Below, piece by piece: positions 28,582-38,900 of a stretch of DNA of 39,374 nt. Both the position numbers and the translations under genes were made by a program. The notes under the pieces are model-generated. The model did no database searches, was not told where the DNA came from, and saw only the letters and a program-made list of their open reading frames with translations. Source of the DNA: Bacteroidales bacterium (GTDB lineage Bacteria > Bacteroidota > Bacteroidia > Bacteroidales > PUMT01); NCBI GenBank assembly GCA_007131165.1, contig SLRB01000164.1, positions 1 to 39,374 on the forward strand, given 5' to 3'. The first letter of the stretch is position 1. Each line of letters starts with the position of its first letter.

Positions 28582-30138
28582 TCAGGCTGATAGTTTTTCA
28601 ACTGCCAGCCTTATCCGCTCAATTGTTTCTTCGCGACCCAGCAGCTCCATGATAGTGAACAGGTCCGGTCCCTTGCCTTCTCCCACCAGAGCAAGCCTAA
28701 CAGGTATCATTACATTGCCAAACCCTATCCCCTCCCCTTCAAGGTAACCTTTAACTGTTTGGGAGATATTTTCGGCAACGAATAGTTCAATATCCTCCAG
28801 GAGCCCGGCTATCTTTTCCAGCAGCATGGGTGTCTCTTCCTTCCATTTCTTCCTTACCAGTTTTTCATCATACACCTCAGGCCTCTCAAAGAAAAAAGAG
28901 GCCTGATCCCAAATCTCATGCACAAAGTTTGCCCTTTCACGCACCAGCAAGCATATCTGCCCTGCATAACCGGGGTCTGCTGAGTGTCCCTTTTCCTGAA
29001 GTATCTTCATGAACTCTCCGGCCACCCTGCCGGGACCGGCATTCTGCAGATACTGGTGATTGAACCATTTTGCCTTTTCAGGGTCAAAACGTGCACCTGC
29101 CTTATGCACCTTCTCCAGTGAAAACTGGCTAATCATCTCCCCCATGCTGAATATCTCCTGATCGGTACCGGGATTCCAGCCAAGCAATGCCAGCAGGTTG
29201 ACAAATGCCTCAGGAAAGTATCCGGCCTCCCTGTATCCTTCTGAAACTTCTCCGGTTCCAGGATCTTTCCACTGCAGGGGAAAAACGGGGAACCCGAGCT
29301 TATCGCCGTCCCTTTTGCTCAGCTTACCCTGTCCCCCGGGCTTAAGGAGCAACGGCAGGTGGGCAAAGGAGGGCATGGTGTCTTTCCACCCGAAAGCCTC
29401 GTAAAGAAGCACGTGGAGAGGCAGCGAAGGCAGCCACTCCTCTCCCCTGATAACATGGGTTATCTCCATCAGGTGGTCATCGGCAACGTTCGCCAGGTGG
29501 TAGGTAGGCATGCCGTCAGCCTTGAACAGCACCTTGTCGTCGAGCGTTGATGTGCTGACACGCACTTCGCCCCTTACTATGTCATTAATAACCACCTCCC
29601 TGTCATCCGGCATTTTGAAACGTATTACATAAGGCACCCCTTTATTCCTGAGTTCTTCAACCTTTCCGGGTGAAAGTGCAAGAGAGTTTTTAAGTGTGTA
29701 CCTGACTGTATGATCGTACTGGAACACCTCTCCTGCCTTTTCCTTCTGCTGCCTGAGGTCATCCAGCTCCCCGGGAGTGTCAAAAGCCAGGTAAGCGTGA
29801 CCGCTCTCCACAAGCTGCTCTGCATACTTCCCGTATATTTCCTGTCGCTCACTCTGCCGGTAAGGGGCATGAGTTCCTCCAACCCCGACACCCTCGTCAA
29901 CATCAATGCCGCACCACTTAAGAGATTCTATAATATATTCCTCAGCCCCCTCAACATATCGCTGTTGGTCAGTATCCTCAATTCTCAGAATAAATGTGCC
30001 ATTATGCCGGCGGACAAACAGATAGTTGAAAAGTGCGGTTCTTACCCCGCCAATATGCAGCGGTCCGGTCGGACTTGGTGCAAACCGGACCCTTACCTTC
30101 CGGGATATATCAGTTTGTGACGGTTTGTAATCAGACAT
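28582..30138 (-). CDS. gltX: glutamate--tRNA ligase
   Basis: VRVRFAPSPTGPLHIGG, RIEDTD, PYRQSER, PTYHLANV.DD, HVIRGEEW and KLSKR. Start 30138 chosen because the upstream TTG lies inside the -7 box. Confidence 0.97.
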   Translation of the reverse strand: MSDYKPSQTDISRKVRVRFAPSPTGPLHIGGVRTALFNYLFVRRHNGTFILRIEDTDQQRYVEGAEEYIIESLKWCGIDVDEGVGVGGTHAPYRQSERQEIYGKYAEQLVESGHAYLAFDTPGELDDLRQQKEKAGEVFQYDHTVRYTLKNSLALSPGKVEELRNKGVPYVIRFKMPDDREVVINDIVRGEVRVSTSTLDDKVLFKADGMPTYHLANVADDHLMEITHVIRGEEWLPSLPLHVLLYEAFGWKDTMPSFAHLPLLLKPGGQGKLSKRDGDKLGFPVFPLQWKDPGTGEVSEGYREAGYFPEAFVNLLALLGWNPGTDQEIFSMGEMISQFSLEKVHKAGARFDPEKAKWFNHQYLQNAGPGRVAGEFMKILQEKGHSADPGYAGQICLLVRERANFVHEIWDQASFFFERPEVYDEKLVRKKWKEETPMLLEKIAGLLEDIELFVAENISQTVKGYLEGEGIGFGNVMIPVRLALVGEGKGPDLFTIMELLGREETIERIRLAVEKLSA

Positions 30139-30165
30139 AAGTTTCCCTTTTTTGATTATAAACCT

Positions 30166-30173
30166 CAAAAATA
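30166..30173 (-). promoter_or_regulatory. -7 box (TATTTTTG) for gltX
   Basis: TAnnTTTG match 27 nt upstream of the ATG at 30138. Confidence 0.6.
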
Positions 30174-30243
30174 CAAAATTTACGTCAGGCTCCCTCCTGG
30201 TGTTTATCCTGGTGCAAAGACGGCCTGTTCAGGGGGCGGGAGT

Positions 30244-31206
30244 TCAGATCAGACCTTTTTCCTGCTTCTCCTTAATTGCCTTCAGCATATCCCTGGTCAT
30301 TGCATCCAGGTCATAATCCGGCTGCCAGTCCCATTCCTCGCGTGCAGCTGAGTCGTCAACGGAGTTCGGCCATGAGTCTGCAATTTCCTGACGGCTGTCC
30401 GGCTCATAGCTTATTTCAAACCCCGGCATGTACTTTTTGACTGAGGCGGCAAGTTCACCAGCGCTAAAGCTCATTGCTCCAACGTTGTAGTCGCAATGGT
30501 GCTTCAGCTTGCTGAAGTCTGCCTGCATAAGGTCGATAGTGGCCTTAAGGCAGTCGGGCATGTACATCATGGGAAGCCTTGTATCCTCGTTCACGAAACA
30601 TGTATACCTGTTGTTCCTGACAGCTTCATAATAAATAGCAACAGCATAATCGGTAGTCCCGCCACCCGGCAGTGTTTCATGGCTTATTATCCCCGGGTAT
30701 CTCAACCCCCTAACATCCATTCCGTAACGCCTCACATAATAATCTCCAAGGAGTTCACCGGCTACCTTGGTTACACCGTAAATGGTTGTCGGTTTCAGTA
30801 TGGTTTCCTGGGGTGTGTTGTCGATAGGTGTCGAAGGGCCAAAAACCGCAATTGAGCTGGGTACCAGCACCTGCTTCATTTTGAACTCCCTGGCCACCTC
30901 CAGTACATTAATAAGGCCATTCATATTTACATTCCACGCCAGCATCGGATTCTTCTCGCCAGTGGCGGAAAGAATGGCGGCCATATTGATAATTGTGTCG
31001 ATACTGTATTTTTTCACCACCCCAACGACCCCGTCAGGGTCAACTGCATCGACAACCTCACATGGCCCGCTTTCGGTAAGCTTTTCAGAGGGTTTGGTGT
31101 TTCGTATTCCGGCAACTACATTTGAGCCGCCGTACATTTCGCGCAGCAACAGGGTTAATTCCGAACCAATTTGTCCGGCCGATCCGATAACAAGGATTTT
31201 ACTCAT
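30244..31206 (-). CDS. L-threonine 3-dehydrogenase, SDR (NAD-dependent epimerase/dehydratase) type
   Basis: GSAGQIG Rossmann motif, AILSATGE, PSSIAVFG, YGVTK (YxxxK), LRYPGIIS, GGGTTDY, PMMYMPD and RQ.IADSWP; adjacent to kbl. Confidence 0.9.
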   Translation of the reverse strand: MSKILVIGSAGQIGSELTLLLREMYGGSNVVAGIRNTKPSEKLTESGPCEVVDAVDPDGVVGVVKKYSIDTIINMAAILSATGEKNPMLAWNVNMNGLINVLEVAREFKMKQVLVPSSIAVFGPSTPIDNTPQETILKPTTIYGVTKVAGELLGDYYVRRYGMDVRGLRYPGIISHETLPGGGTTDYAVAIYYEAVRNNRYTCFVNEDTRLPMMYMPDCLKATIDLMQADFSKLKHHCDYNVGAMSFSAGELAASVKKYMPGFEISYEPDSRQEIADSWPNSVDDSAAREEWDWQPDYDLDAMTRDMLKAIKEKQEKGLI

Positions 31207-31255
31207 TTGGTTGCAATTTTAATTTCCAAACTACTAAAATTATTTATTAATATAT

Positions 31256-31289
31256 CAAAACTAATTAATTTTGGTTTGCAGAAGGCAAA
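31256..31289 (-). promoter_or_regulatory. promoter for the threonine dehydrogenase gene (-33 TTTG 31286-31289; -7 TAGTTTTG 31256-31263)
   Basis: Both Bacteroidota elements are present, 22 nt apart. Confidence 0.5.
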
Positions 31290-31429
31290 GAAATGTCATG
31301 TTTTGGCTCCTCATAACTGCCGCTCTGCAAATAAAAATAAAATCAGCATCATTGCATGTGACTTATACCATTGGGTTCATCTGTTTTTCAACATAAACAA
31401 GGCTGATATAAAATGATATCCAAATGAAT

Positions 31430-31437
31430 TATCTTTG
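31430..31437 (+). promoter_or_regulatory. -7 box (TATCTTTG) for kbl
   Basis: Exact TAnnTTTG about 53 nt before the ATG, followed by an A-rich leader. Confidence 0.65.
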
Positions 31438-31490
31438 TTTGACACATCCAGGTCAAAAGCAATAATCATAAACTCATAAAACAAATCAAA

Positions 31491-32681
31491 ATGTACGGAA
31501 AAATAAAGGAACATCTTCAGAATGAGCTAAAAAGTATAGAGTCTGCCGGACTGTTCAAAAAGGAAAGGATTATCGAATCAGCGCAGGATGCTGAGATAAC
31601 AGTAGAAGGCGGTAAAAAAGTCCTTAATTTCTGCGCCAATAATTACCTCGGGCTCTCCAACCACCCCGAGCTTATCAGGGCAGCGAAAGAAGGAATGGAT
31701 ACAAGGGGCTTCGGTATGTCGTCGGTGCGATTTATATGCGGGACGCAGGATCTGCATAAAACTCTTGAAAAGAAGATTGCCGAATTCTTCGGAACCGAAG
31801 ATACGATACTTTACGCCGCCTGTTTTGATGCAAACGGCGGTGTTTTTGAACCACTGCTCACTCATGAGGACGCAATTATTTCAGACTCCCTTAACCACGC
31901 TTCAATTATCGACGGGGTAAGGTTGTGCAAGGCACAACGCTACCGCTACAACAACGCCGATATGGCAGACCTCGAGGAAAAACTGAAAGAAGCCCGGTCG
32001 CAGCGTTTCCGTATCATAGTAACCGACGGGGTATTCTCGATGGACGGGAACGTGGCTCCGATGAATAAGATCGTGGAGCTTGCTGAAAAATACGATGCAC
32101 TTGTAATGGTTGATGAATGCCACTCTGCCGGGGTTGTGGGAGAAACGGGCAGAGGTGTGACAGAGTTATTTGATATACGGGGAGAGGTTGATATAATTAC
32201 CGGAACTCTTGGCAAAGCATTCGGCGGAGCAATAGGCGGTTTTACAACCGGGCGCAAGGAGATAATTGAGATTCTGAGGCAGAGGTCAAGGCCTTACCTG
32301 TTTTCGAACTCACTGCCTCCTTCTGTAGTGAATGCGGGAATAAAGATGTTTGATATGATGGCAGAGACACATGAGCTTCAGGATAAGCTGCACAAGAATA
32401 CCGGGTACTTCATGGACAAGATGAAAGCAGCAGGTTTTGACATCAAGCCGACACAGTCGGCCATTATAGCCGTTATGCTGTATGATGCAAAGCTGTCACA
32501 GGAATTTGCTGCAAAACTTCTTGATGAGGGTATATATGTGATCGGGTTCTATTACCCTGTGGTGCCGAAGGAGCAGGCCAGGATCAGGGTCCAGGTATCG
32601 GCAGCACACGAAACAGAGCACCTTGACAAATGCGTTGATGCCTTTTCCAGGATCGGACGCGAGCTCGGCGTAATCAGGTAA
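31491..32681 (+). CDS. kbl: glycine C-acetyltransferase (2-amino-3-ketobutyrate CoA ligase)
   Basis: NFCANNYLGL, SVRFICGT, CFDANGG, LNHASIIDG, TDGVFSMDG, PLP-lysine TLGKA, RSRPYLFSN and ARIRVQ.SA.H. Confidence 0.97.
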   Translation: MYGKIKEHLQNELKSIESAGLFKKERIIESAQDAEITVEGGKKVLNFCANNYLGLSNHPELIRAAKEGMDTRGFGMSSVRFICGTQDLHKTLEKKIAEFFGTEDTILYAACFDANGGVFEPLLTHEDAIISDSLNHASIIDGVRLCKAQRYRYNNADMADLEEKLKEARSQRFRIIVTDGVFSMDGNVAPMNKIVELAEKYDALVMVDECHSAGVVGETGRGVTELFDIRGEVDIITGTLGKAFGGAIGGFTTGRKEIIEILRQRSRPYLFSNSLPPSVVNAGIKMFDMMAETHELQDKLHKNTGYFMDKMKAAGFDIKPTQSAIIAVMLYDAKLSQEFAAKLLDEGIYVIGFYYPVVPKEQARIRVQVSAAHETEHLDKCVDAFSRIGRELGVIR

Positions 32682-32735
32682 TCCCTGCCAGTGCCTGGCC
32701 CTGGACGTTACAGGGCAGGCCCGCTAAATAAACAA

Positions 32736-32770
32736 ATCCCGGCTCGTAATTGAGCCGGGATCTATTTTTT
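32736..32770. terminator. bidirectional intrinsic terminator between convergent kbl and nrdJ
   Basis: Perfect 10-bp stem ATCCCGGCTC / GAGCCGGGAT with a 6-nt loop and T-rich tails on both strands. Confidence 0.8.
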
Positions 32771-32821
32771 GCCCGGGCATTAACCCCGATTCGGAAGCTG
32801 CGGGGCGAAAACCCGCGCTTC

Positions 32822-35416
32822 CTATCCGCATTTTGAGTTGCCGCAATCCTTGCAGGTAAGGCAGCCTTCCTGGAACATAAGGTTTTCAGAGTTACAGTTT
32901 GGGCAGGTGCTGCCTTTTTTAGGCTTTGTACCGTCAGGTATGTACTTGCGCAAAGTACGCTCGACACCATTTTTCCAGGTATTTATGTTCTCGCTGTCCA
33001 GGCGGAGTGACGAAACCAGGTTCACCACATCGGGTATCGGCATTCCGTGCCTGAGAACTCCCGAAATCAATCTTGCATAATTCCAGAACTCCGCATCGAA
33101 TGTTCTTGACAAACCCTCAAATGTGGTCCCGTAACCGTACCGGTCGACATACCTGAAATCATATCTTTTGGTACCGTCTGGCTGACGGCACTTAATTATA
33201 TAACCTTTATTGACCGTTTTGGGTACCGGCAGAACATCACCATCCTCCTTTCCGGTAAATATCTCGTAAGGCCGGCCGTCGAGCTTGCCCACGAAGGCGA
33301 TCCATTTTTCGTCATTGTTCATGAACCTGACTACATCGGCTTCAAGCACCTCGGGCCTTTTTTTGGGTGTGTGTGTTGTCTCCTTTTCCTTTTTGCCCGA
33401 TATCAGTACTCCTGAACGTGAACCGTCGCGGTATACGGTGGCTCCCTTGCATCCACTCTCCCAGGCAGTTATGTAAAGCTTGCCGACAAGGTCTTCCTTC
33501 ACATCGGCCGGCAGGTTGATGGTAACACTAATCGAATGATCAACCCATTTCTGAATAGCGCCCTGCATGCGGACCTTACTGAGCCAATCCACATCGTTTG
33601 AAGTTGCCTTGTAATAGGGGGACTTTTCTATAACCGCCCTGATCTCATCATCATCATACTGCTTTACCTTATCAACATCGTAGCCGTTAACCTCAAGCCA
33701 GGTAACGAACTTGTGGTGGAACACATTATACTCTTCCCAGGAATCACCCACCTCATCGACAAAAGTTACCGTAACATTTTTATCATTGGGGTTTACTTTC
33801 CTGCGTCGCTTGTATACAGGCATGAAGACGGGCTCGATCCCGGAGGTTGTTTGCGTCATCAGGCTGGTGGTTCCGGTAGGGGCGATTGTAAGCAGGGCTA
33901 TGTTCCTTCTGCCGTAACGTACCATATCACGGTAAAGCTGATCGTCCTCTGCCTTTAAACGGTTTATGAACGGGTTGTTCTTTTCCCTCTGGGAATCGTA
34001 AATGCTGAAAGCCCCCCTTTCCCTGGCCATACTTACTGAGGAGCGGTAAGCTTCCAGTGCAACTGTTTTGTGTATTTCCGTTGAGAAGTCGGTGGCATTC
34101 TCCGTACCGTATGTAAGTCCCAGTGCAGCAAGCATATCGCCCTCGGCTGTTATGCCCACTCCCGTGCGCCTGCCTTCCCCGGCTTTGACCCTTATGTTTT
34201 CCCAAAGCTTTCGCTCTACCCGTTTTATTTCTTCATCCTCAGGGTCGTTTGCAATCTTGTCAAGTATCTTATCGATCTTTTCCAGCTCAAGATCAATAAT
34301 ATCATCCATGATGCGCTGGGCGTATCCTATATGATCCCTGAACTTGTCAAAATCGAACTTTGCATTTTTGGTGAAGGGTTCATCCACATAGCTGTACAGG
34401 TTCACGGCAAGCAGCCGGCAGCTGTCGTACGGGCAAAGAGGTATCTCACCGCAGGGATTGGTCGACACCGTCCTGTATCCTAAATCTGAATATGAATCGG
34501 GCACCGACTCGCGCGTTACAGTATCCCAGAAGAGTATCCCCGGCTCGGCCGATTTCCATGCGTTGTGTACTATCTTCTTCCATAGTTTACCGGCATCTAT
34601 CTCCCTTCTGAACACGGGGTTGTCAGAATTAACCGGGAACTGTTGTACATAAGGCTTTTTCTCAATTACAGCCCTCATGAACTGGTCGTCTATCTTGACC
34701 GATACATTGGCGCCGGTTACCTTTCCGGCCTGCAGCTTGGCATCGATAAATTTCTCAGCATCCGGATGTTTTATCGATATTGTAAGCATCAGGGCGCCCC
34801 TGCGTCCATCCTGGGCGACCTCCCTGGTTGAATTTGAATACCTCTCCATAAAAGGGACCACTCCTGTTGATGTAAGAGCTGAATTGAGCACCGGGCTGCC
34901 GGAAGGCCTTACGTGCGAAAGATCATGGCCCACGCCGCCCCTTCTTTTCATCAGCTGCACCTGCTCCTGGTCGACCTTCATTATCCCCCCGTATGAATCT
35001 GCCCCGGAGTCGCTCCCTATCACAAAGCAATTGGAAAGAGAAGCTATCTGGAAATCATTGCCGATGCCGGTCATAGGCCCTCCCTGCGGAACTATGTATT
35101 TGAAATCCTTCATCAGCAGGTATATATCATCCTCAGTCATGGGATTCGGGTATTTCTTCTCAACCCTTGCTATCTCCCCGGCAAGCCGGCGATGCATATC
35201 ATCAGGTGTAAGTTCATAAAGATTCCCCTGGGAGTCCTTGAGAGAATATTTGTTTACCCATACACGGGCTGCAAGTTCATCACCCCTGAAGTACTCAAGT
35301 GAGCGCCTGAACGCCTCTTCATAGGTGTAGCCTCCGGGGTTAACCGTCTCCTGTTCACTTTCCTGTACCGGCAGGGCGCCGGTTTTTTTCTGAACTGATA
35401 TATCTTTGGCCTGCAT
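32822..35416 (-). CDS. nrdJ: class II adenosylcobalamin-dependent ribonucleoside-diphosphate reductase
   Basis: SLSNCFV, KRRGGVG, QDGRRGA, ANVSV, AEPG.LF.D, STNPCGEIPLC, RRTG.G, TIAPTGT.S, SGIEP, Q.WVDHSIS.T.NLP, GCKG.TVYRDGSR, and a C-terminal KRP...PYEIF domain with CxxC...CxxC...C. Confidence 0.95.
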   Translation of the reverse strand: MQAKDISVQKKTGALPVQESEQETVNPGGYTYEEAFRRSLEYFRGDELAARVWVNKYSLKDSQGNLYELTPDDMHRRLAGEIARVEKKYPNPMTEDDIYLLMKDFKYIVPQGGPMTGIGNDFQIASLSNCFVIGSDSGADSYGGIMKVDQEQVQLMKRRGGVGHDLSHVRPSGSPVLNSALTSTGVVPFMERYSNSTREVAQDGRRGALMLTISIKHPDAEKFIDAKLQAGKVTGANVSVKIDDQFMRAVIEKKPYVQQFPVNSDNPVFRREIDAGKLWKKIVHNAWKSAEPGILFWDTVTRESVPDSYSDLGYRTVSTNPCGEIPLCPYDSCRLLAVNLYSYVDEPFTKNAKFDFDKFRDHIGYAQRIMDDIIDLELEKIDKILDKIANDPEDEEIKRVERKLWENIRVKAGEGRRTGVGITAEGDMLAALGLTYGTENATDFSTEIHKTVALEAYRSSVSMARERGAFSIYDSQREKNNPFINRLKAEDDQLYRDMVRYGRRNIALLTIAPTGTTSLMTQTTSGIEPVFMPVYKRRRKVNPNDKNVTVTFVDEVGDSWEEYNVFHHKFVTWLEVNGYDVDKVKQYDDDEIRAVIEKSPYYKATSNDVDWLSKVRMQGAIQKWVDHSISVTINLPADVKEDLVGKLYITAWESGCKGATVYRDGSRSGVLISGKKEKETTHTPKKRPEVLEADVVRFMNNDEKWIAFVGKLDGRPYEIFTGKEDGDVLPVPKTVNKGYIIKCRQPDGTKRYDFRYVDRYGYGTTFEGLSRTFDAEFWNYARLISGVLRHGMPIPDVVNLVSSLRLDSENINTWKNGVERTLRKYIPDGTKPKKGSTCPNCNSENLMFQEGCLTCKDCGNSKCG

Positions 35417-35488
35417 ATATTGAGGGATTATTGATTTGTATATATATTAGTAACGAAAAAGAAGCCAGTTTATACTGGCATGGGGTAT

Positions 35489-35496
35489 CAAAATTA
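35489..35496 (-). promoter_or_regulatory. -7 box (TAATTTTG) for nrdJ
   Basis: Exact TAnnTTTG, with a TTTG at 35520-35523 as a possible -33 element. Confidence 0.6.
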
Positions 35497-35900
35497 AATA
35501 TTGACACCTGTTTTATTGCCAAATATCCTCCCTATTTTATTAACAAACAGGCACGGGTTATTAACTTACCTCACCCGACCCTGATATTCAATTTGATCGG
35601 CTGAGGCCGGACCATCTTTGCACCGGCCCGGACATATTTTTATAAAAGCTTCCGGATATTTGACAAAACGACCATGGAGGGTGACAAAACTATTATGCTA
35701 CCCGGAACCATCCGGGGTAAGGCTTGTTGCAGAGCTTCCCGGTTAACAGACAGGGTGCGAACGGGGATATAAACAGCACCGGTAATCTGCCATTCTCAGT
35801 TATTGATTATTACAGACACCCTTGCCTTAAGTTAATGTCCGACTGATAAATTCCCATGTAACAGACTTACAGTGTCAGGTTATTTGCCATGCAAAGCTTA

Positions 35901-35933
35901 TTAAAAGAGCCGGCCCTTTTGGGAGCCGGCTCT
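35901..35933 (-). terminator. intrinsic terminator of the TonB-dependent receptor gene
   Basis: 9-bp stem AGAGCCGGC / GCCGGCTCT followed by a T-run on the minus strand, 40 nt after the stop. Confidence 0.8.
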
Positions 35934-35973
35934 GATGAATAGCAGCGGGTCTGTTTTAACCCGTGATTATATA

Positions 35974-38900
35974 TCAATTGAATGAAAGCCTGAGCCCGAT
36001 CTGTGCCGACCAGGTCTGGCTTAAGGCGTAGATTGGCCTGTAGGTTGTGGAAGGGAATTCATCCGTACCCGGGATGGTGTTGATAGTAAACATACCGTTA
36101 CCGTTGGCATCGACTCCCTGGAAGTTCATCAGGTTATTCTGCACGTCGGTCTGTCCCACTCCCCATTCGGAGTTGATAAGGTTACCAAAATTCAGCACGT
36201 CCAGATATGCCTGGATCTTGTAGCTGTTAGCACCTGCCTGCACCATGAAATCCTGGGCTATGCGCAGGTCAAAACGGTGCTGCCAGGGGAATTTGGCCCC
36301 GTTGCGCTCTACTACCCTGCCCCTGTTTTGGCTGAGGTAAGGATCCTGGCTTATAAAGGCATCGAGAATGGCCCACTGCTGAGCTGCAGTCTGGGTAACC
36401 ACACCACCCTCAACCCTGTCTACCAGGTAAGAATCCTGCTGCGAACCGGGTACGTACATCAGGCGTGCTGCACCGTCGTTGAACCTGCCCGAATAGGTGT
36501 AGCTGTAACGGCCCCTCTCCCCGCCGTCATAAATGACCGACACATTAGTGTTGAGACGGTTGCCAAGAGCCCTTGTATTAACTGAAAGATTGGCTACAAC
36601 CCTGTTGGGCTGGTCAAACCTGGAGAAACCAACCTCAGGGTTGTTCCTGTCATCCACTACCACATTTGGCCATAGAGACTGTGCCTGTGATCCTCCTATC
36701 AGTCCGTAATCCTTTGAAACACTCCTTGTGTAAGCCACGCGTGCATTGCCGTACTCGCCGAAACTGCGTGAAAGTTCACCGGTTATCGATGCATAGTAAC
36801 CTTCATTGATATTGGTAAGCAATATTACATCGGTAAATGCTGAGTTGTCATAATATGCATTTGAACTTTCCCAGAAGGGATAGGGATGAGGATTGCTCAT
36901 CCTGCGGGTAGGCTGGGTTGAGTTAATGTTAACCGCAAGCGGACTGTTTATATCAAGCGAGTATATACCCTCGACAGTTGCTACCATGTCGTAGGGCAAG
37001 GCAATATCGGCTGCAAGGTTTGAGCGCCATACCTGGGGCAGCTTGAAGTTCTCGTCGGTTATCGCAAGGTTCCGGGAGACCTGGGCCTCAAGTGTGGCGG
37101 GTTCGGGACGGTAATATGTCACGTCGGGCTGGAAACCCTGCCATTGAGGATTGCCATCCACTCCCCACTGATCGGCTGTAAGGCCAAATCCTCCGCGTGT
37201 TACACCGTTGTTGTTTACCTGGTTGGATATCCACACGAAAGGGATACGGCCGCTGAACATGCCCGAACCGCCGCGCACCTGCAGGCTCCTGTCGCCAAAC
37301 ACGTCGTAGTTGAACCCGAAACGGGGCGACCACAGCGGAAGTGCCGGTGGCAAAACGCTCACGTCGGGAGTGATCCTGTCGCCCGTACGCGGATTGGTGA
37401 ACGACAGGTTCATGGCATCCAGATTGGGATTGCCTGGCAGGTCGACCGGATAATAGGGAAGGTCGACCCTGAGGCCGAATGTCAGGTTAAGCCTGTCGTT
37501 GACCTCAAACCTGTCCTGTGCATATATGCCGAACTGTCCGAATGCGGTCTCGTCGAGCGGAATGTCATCCGGCCCTTCAAATGAATATCCCTGCAGGAAA
37601 AGATCGGGTCTTACGTTTGGGTCTCTATTAATTACCGCGGCAACGAAGCTGTCGTACGAGTTAAACCTGTAGACGCTGTTTAACACGGGGTTAAATGCAT
37701 TCGCAAAAGTCATGTACTCAAAATTCACTCCGAAGGTGAAATTGTGCCTTCCGGCATAATATGAAAAGTTATTGGTAACATTGAATATGTTGTTGGTAAC
37801 CTGGTTGCCGACAGAAAAAAGCTCGTTGCCCATGGTCATGTAATATAGCGGAGTGTCGCCGTCAAATTCCAGGATCTCAATAAACGGGAAGACCTCTCCC
37901 CCGGGTATGCTCCTTATCGGGTCTTCGACATTATTGAAACCTATGCGGAAGTTGTTCGCCATATTGGCGCTGATTATAGTGTTGAGCTCACCTACGACCG
38001 AGGTTACATTATTATCGATAGAGTAGTGGCTGTTACGGAAATTCATCGCCTCAATGCCAAACCTGTTGGTGTTAAAATACCTGAGTGCGGAGGGATGATA
38101 GCGAAGGCTGTTGCCGTTAACGCTGACATCCCTGAATGATTCATACCGGTTGAACCTTACCATCAGGTTGTTGTTCCTGTTTATATTGAAGTCAATACGG
38201 GCATTAAGGCGAAGACCCTCGTTGCCGAAATCATATCCCTCATAAGGGCCGGTATTGTAGTCATAAAGGTTTCTCATCTGCTCTTGCACAAAATCCAGTT
38301 CGCTGGCAGGCACCCTCGACACGGTAAGTCCGTCAGGCTCCAGTCCGGGGCGCGCCGCCAACTTCTGAAGGCCGGGGTTTGAAGCCGTTTCCTGCTCAAC
38401 GCTTACAAAGAAGAAAAGCCTGTCCCTTATGATCGGGCCGCTTACCGATGTACCCAGGATGCGGGTAAAGGCTTCTGCAGCGGTTAGCTCAATGTCGCCA
38501 ATTGCTGTCCCGAGATAGCTTTCGTCATTGTAATAGGTATAAACAGCACCCCTGTACTGGTTGCCACCCCTGCGTGTAATAGCATTGACATTGGCTCCGG
38601 AGAAGCCGCCCTGCCGCACATCATAGGGAGCGAGGTTAACCTGCACTTCTTCAATGGCTTCCAGGCTAAGAGGGTTGGAGCCAGCAAACTGGGCCGCACC
38701 AAGCCCGAAATTGTTATTATATATTATACCATCTATGGTATAGTTGTTGAACCGGTTATCACGTCCGGCAAAGCTTGTTCCGCTGCTCTGCGGGGTGAGC
38801 CGTGTAAGGTCGTTTATGCTCCTTGAGATCGTTGGCACCGACCCTATCGATTCGGCATCAATATTTGTTGCAGTTCCTGAACGGCCGGAATTGAATACCC

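Noticed and set aside
4542-30138. glnS and gltX in the same window as a functional cluster
   Set aside because: They are 22 kb apart on opposite strands; both are ordinary Bacteroidota housekeeping genes.
32822-35416. Intein or intron in nrdJ
   Set aside because: The 864-aa frame is continuous, catalytic motifs are normally spaced, and there are no intein or homing-endonuclease signatures.
35417-35973. Cobalamin riboswitch upstream of nrdJ
   Set aside because: No B12-box or GGGAA...CCC...ACUG core recognisable on the minus strand.
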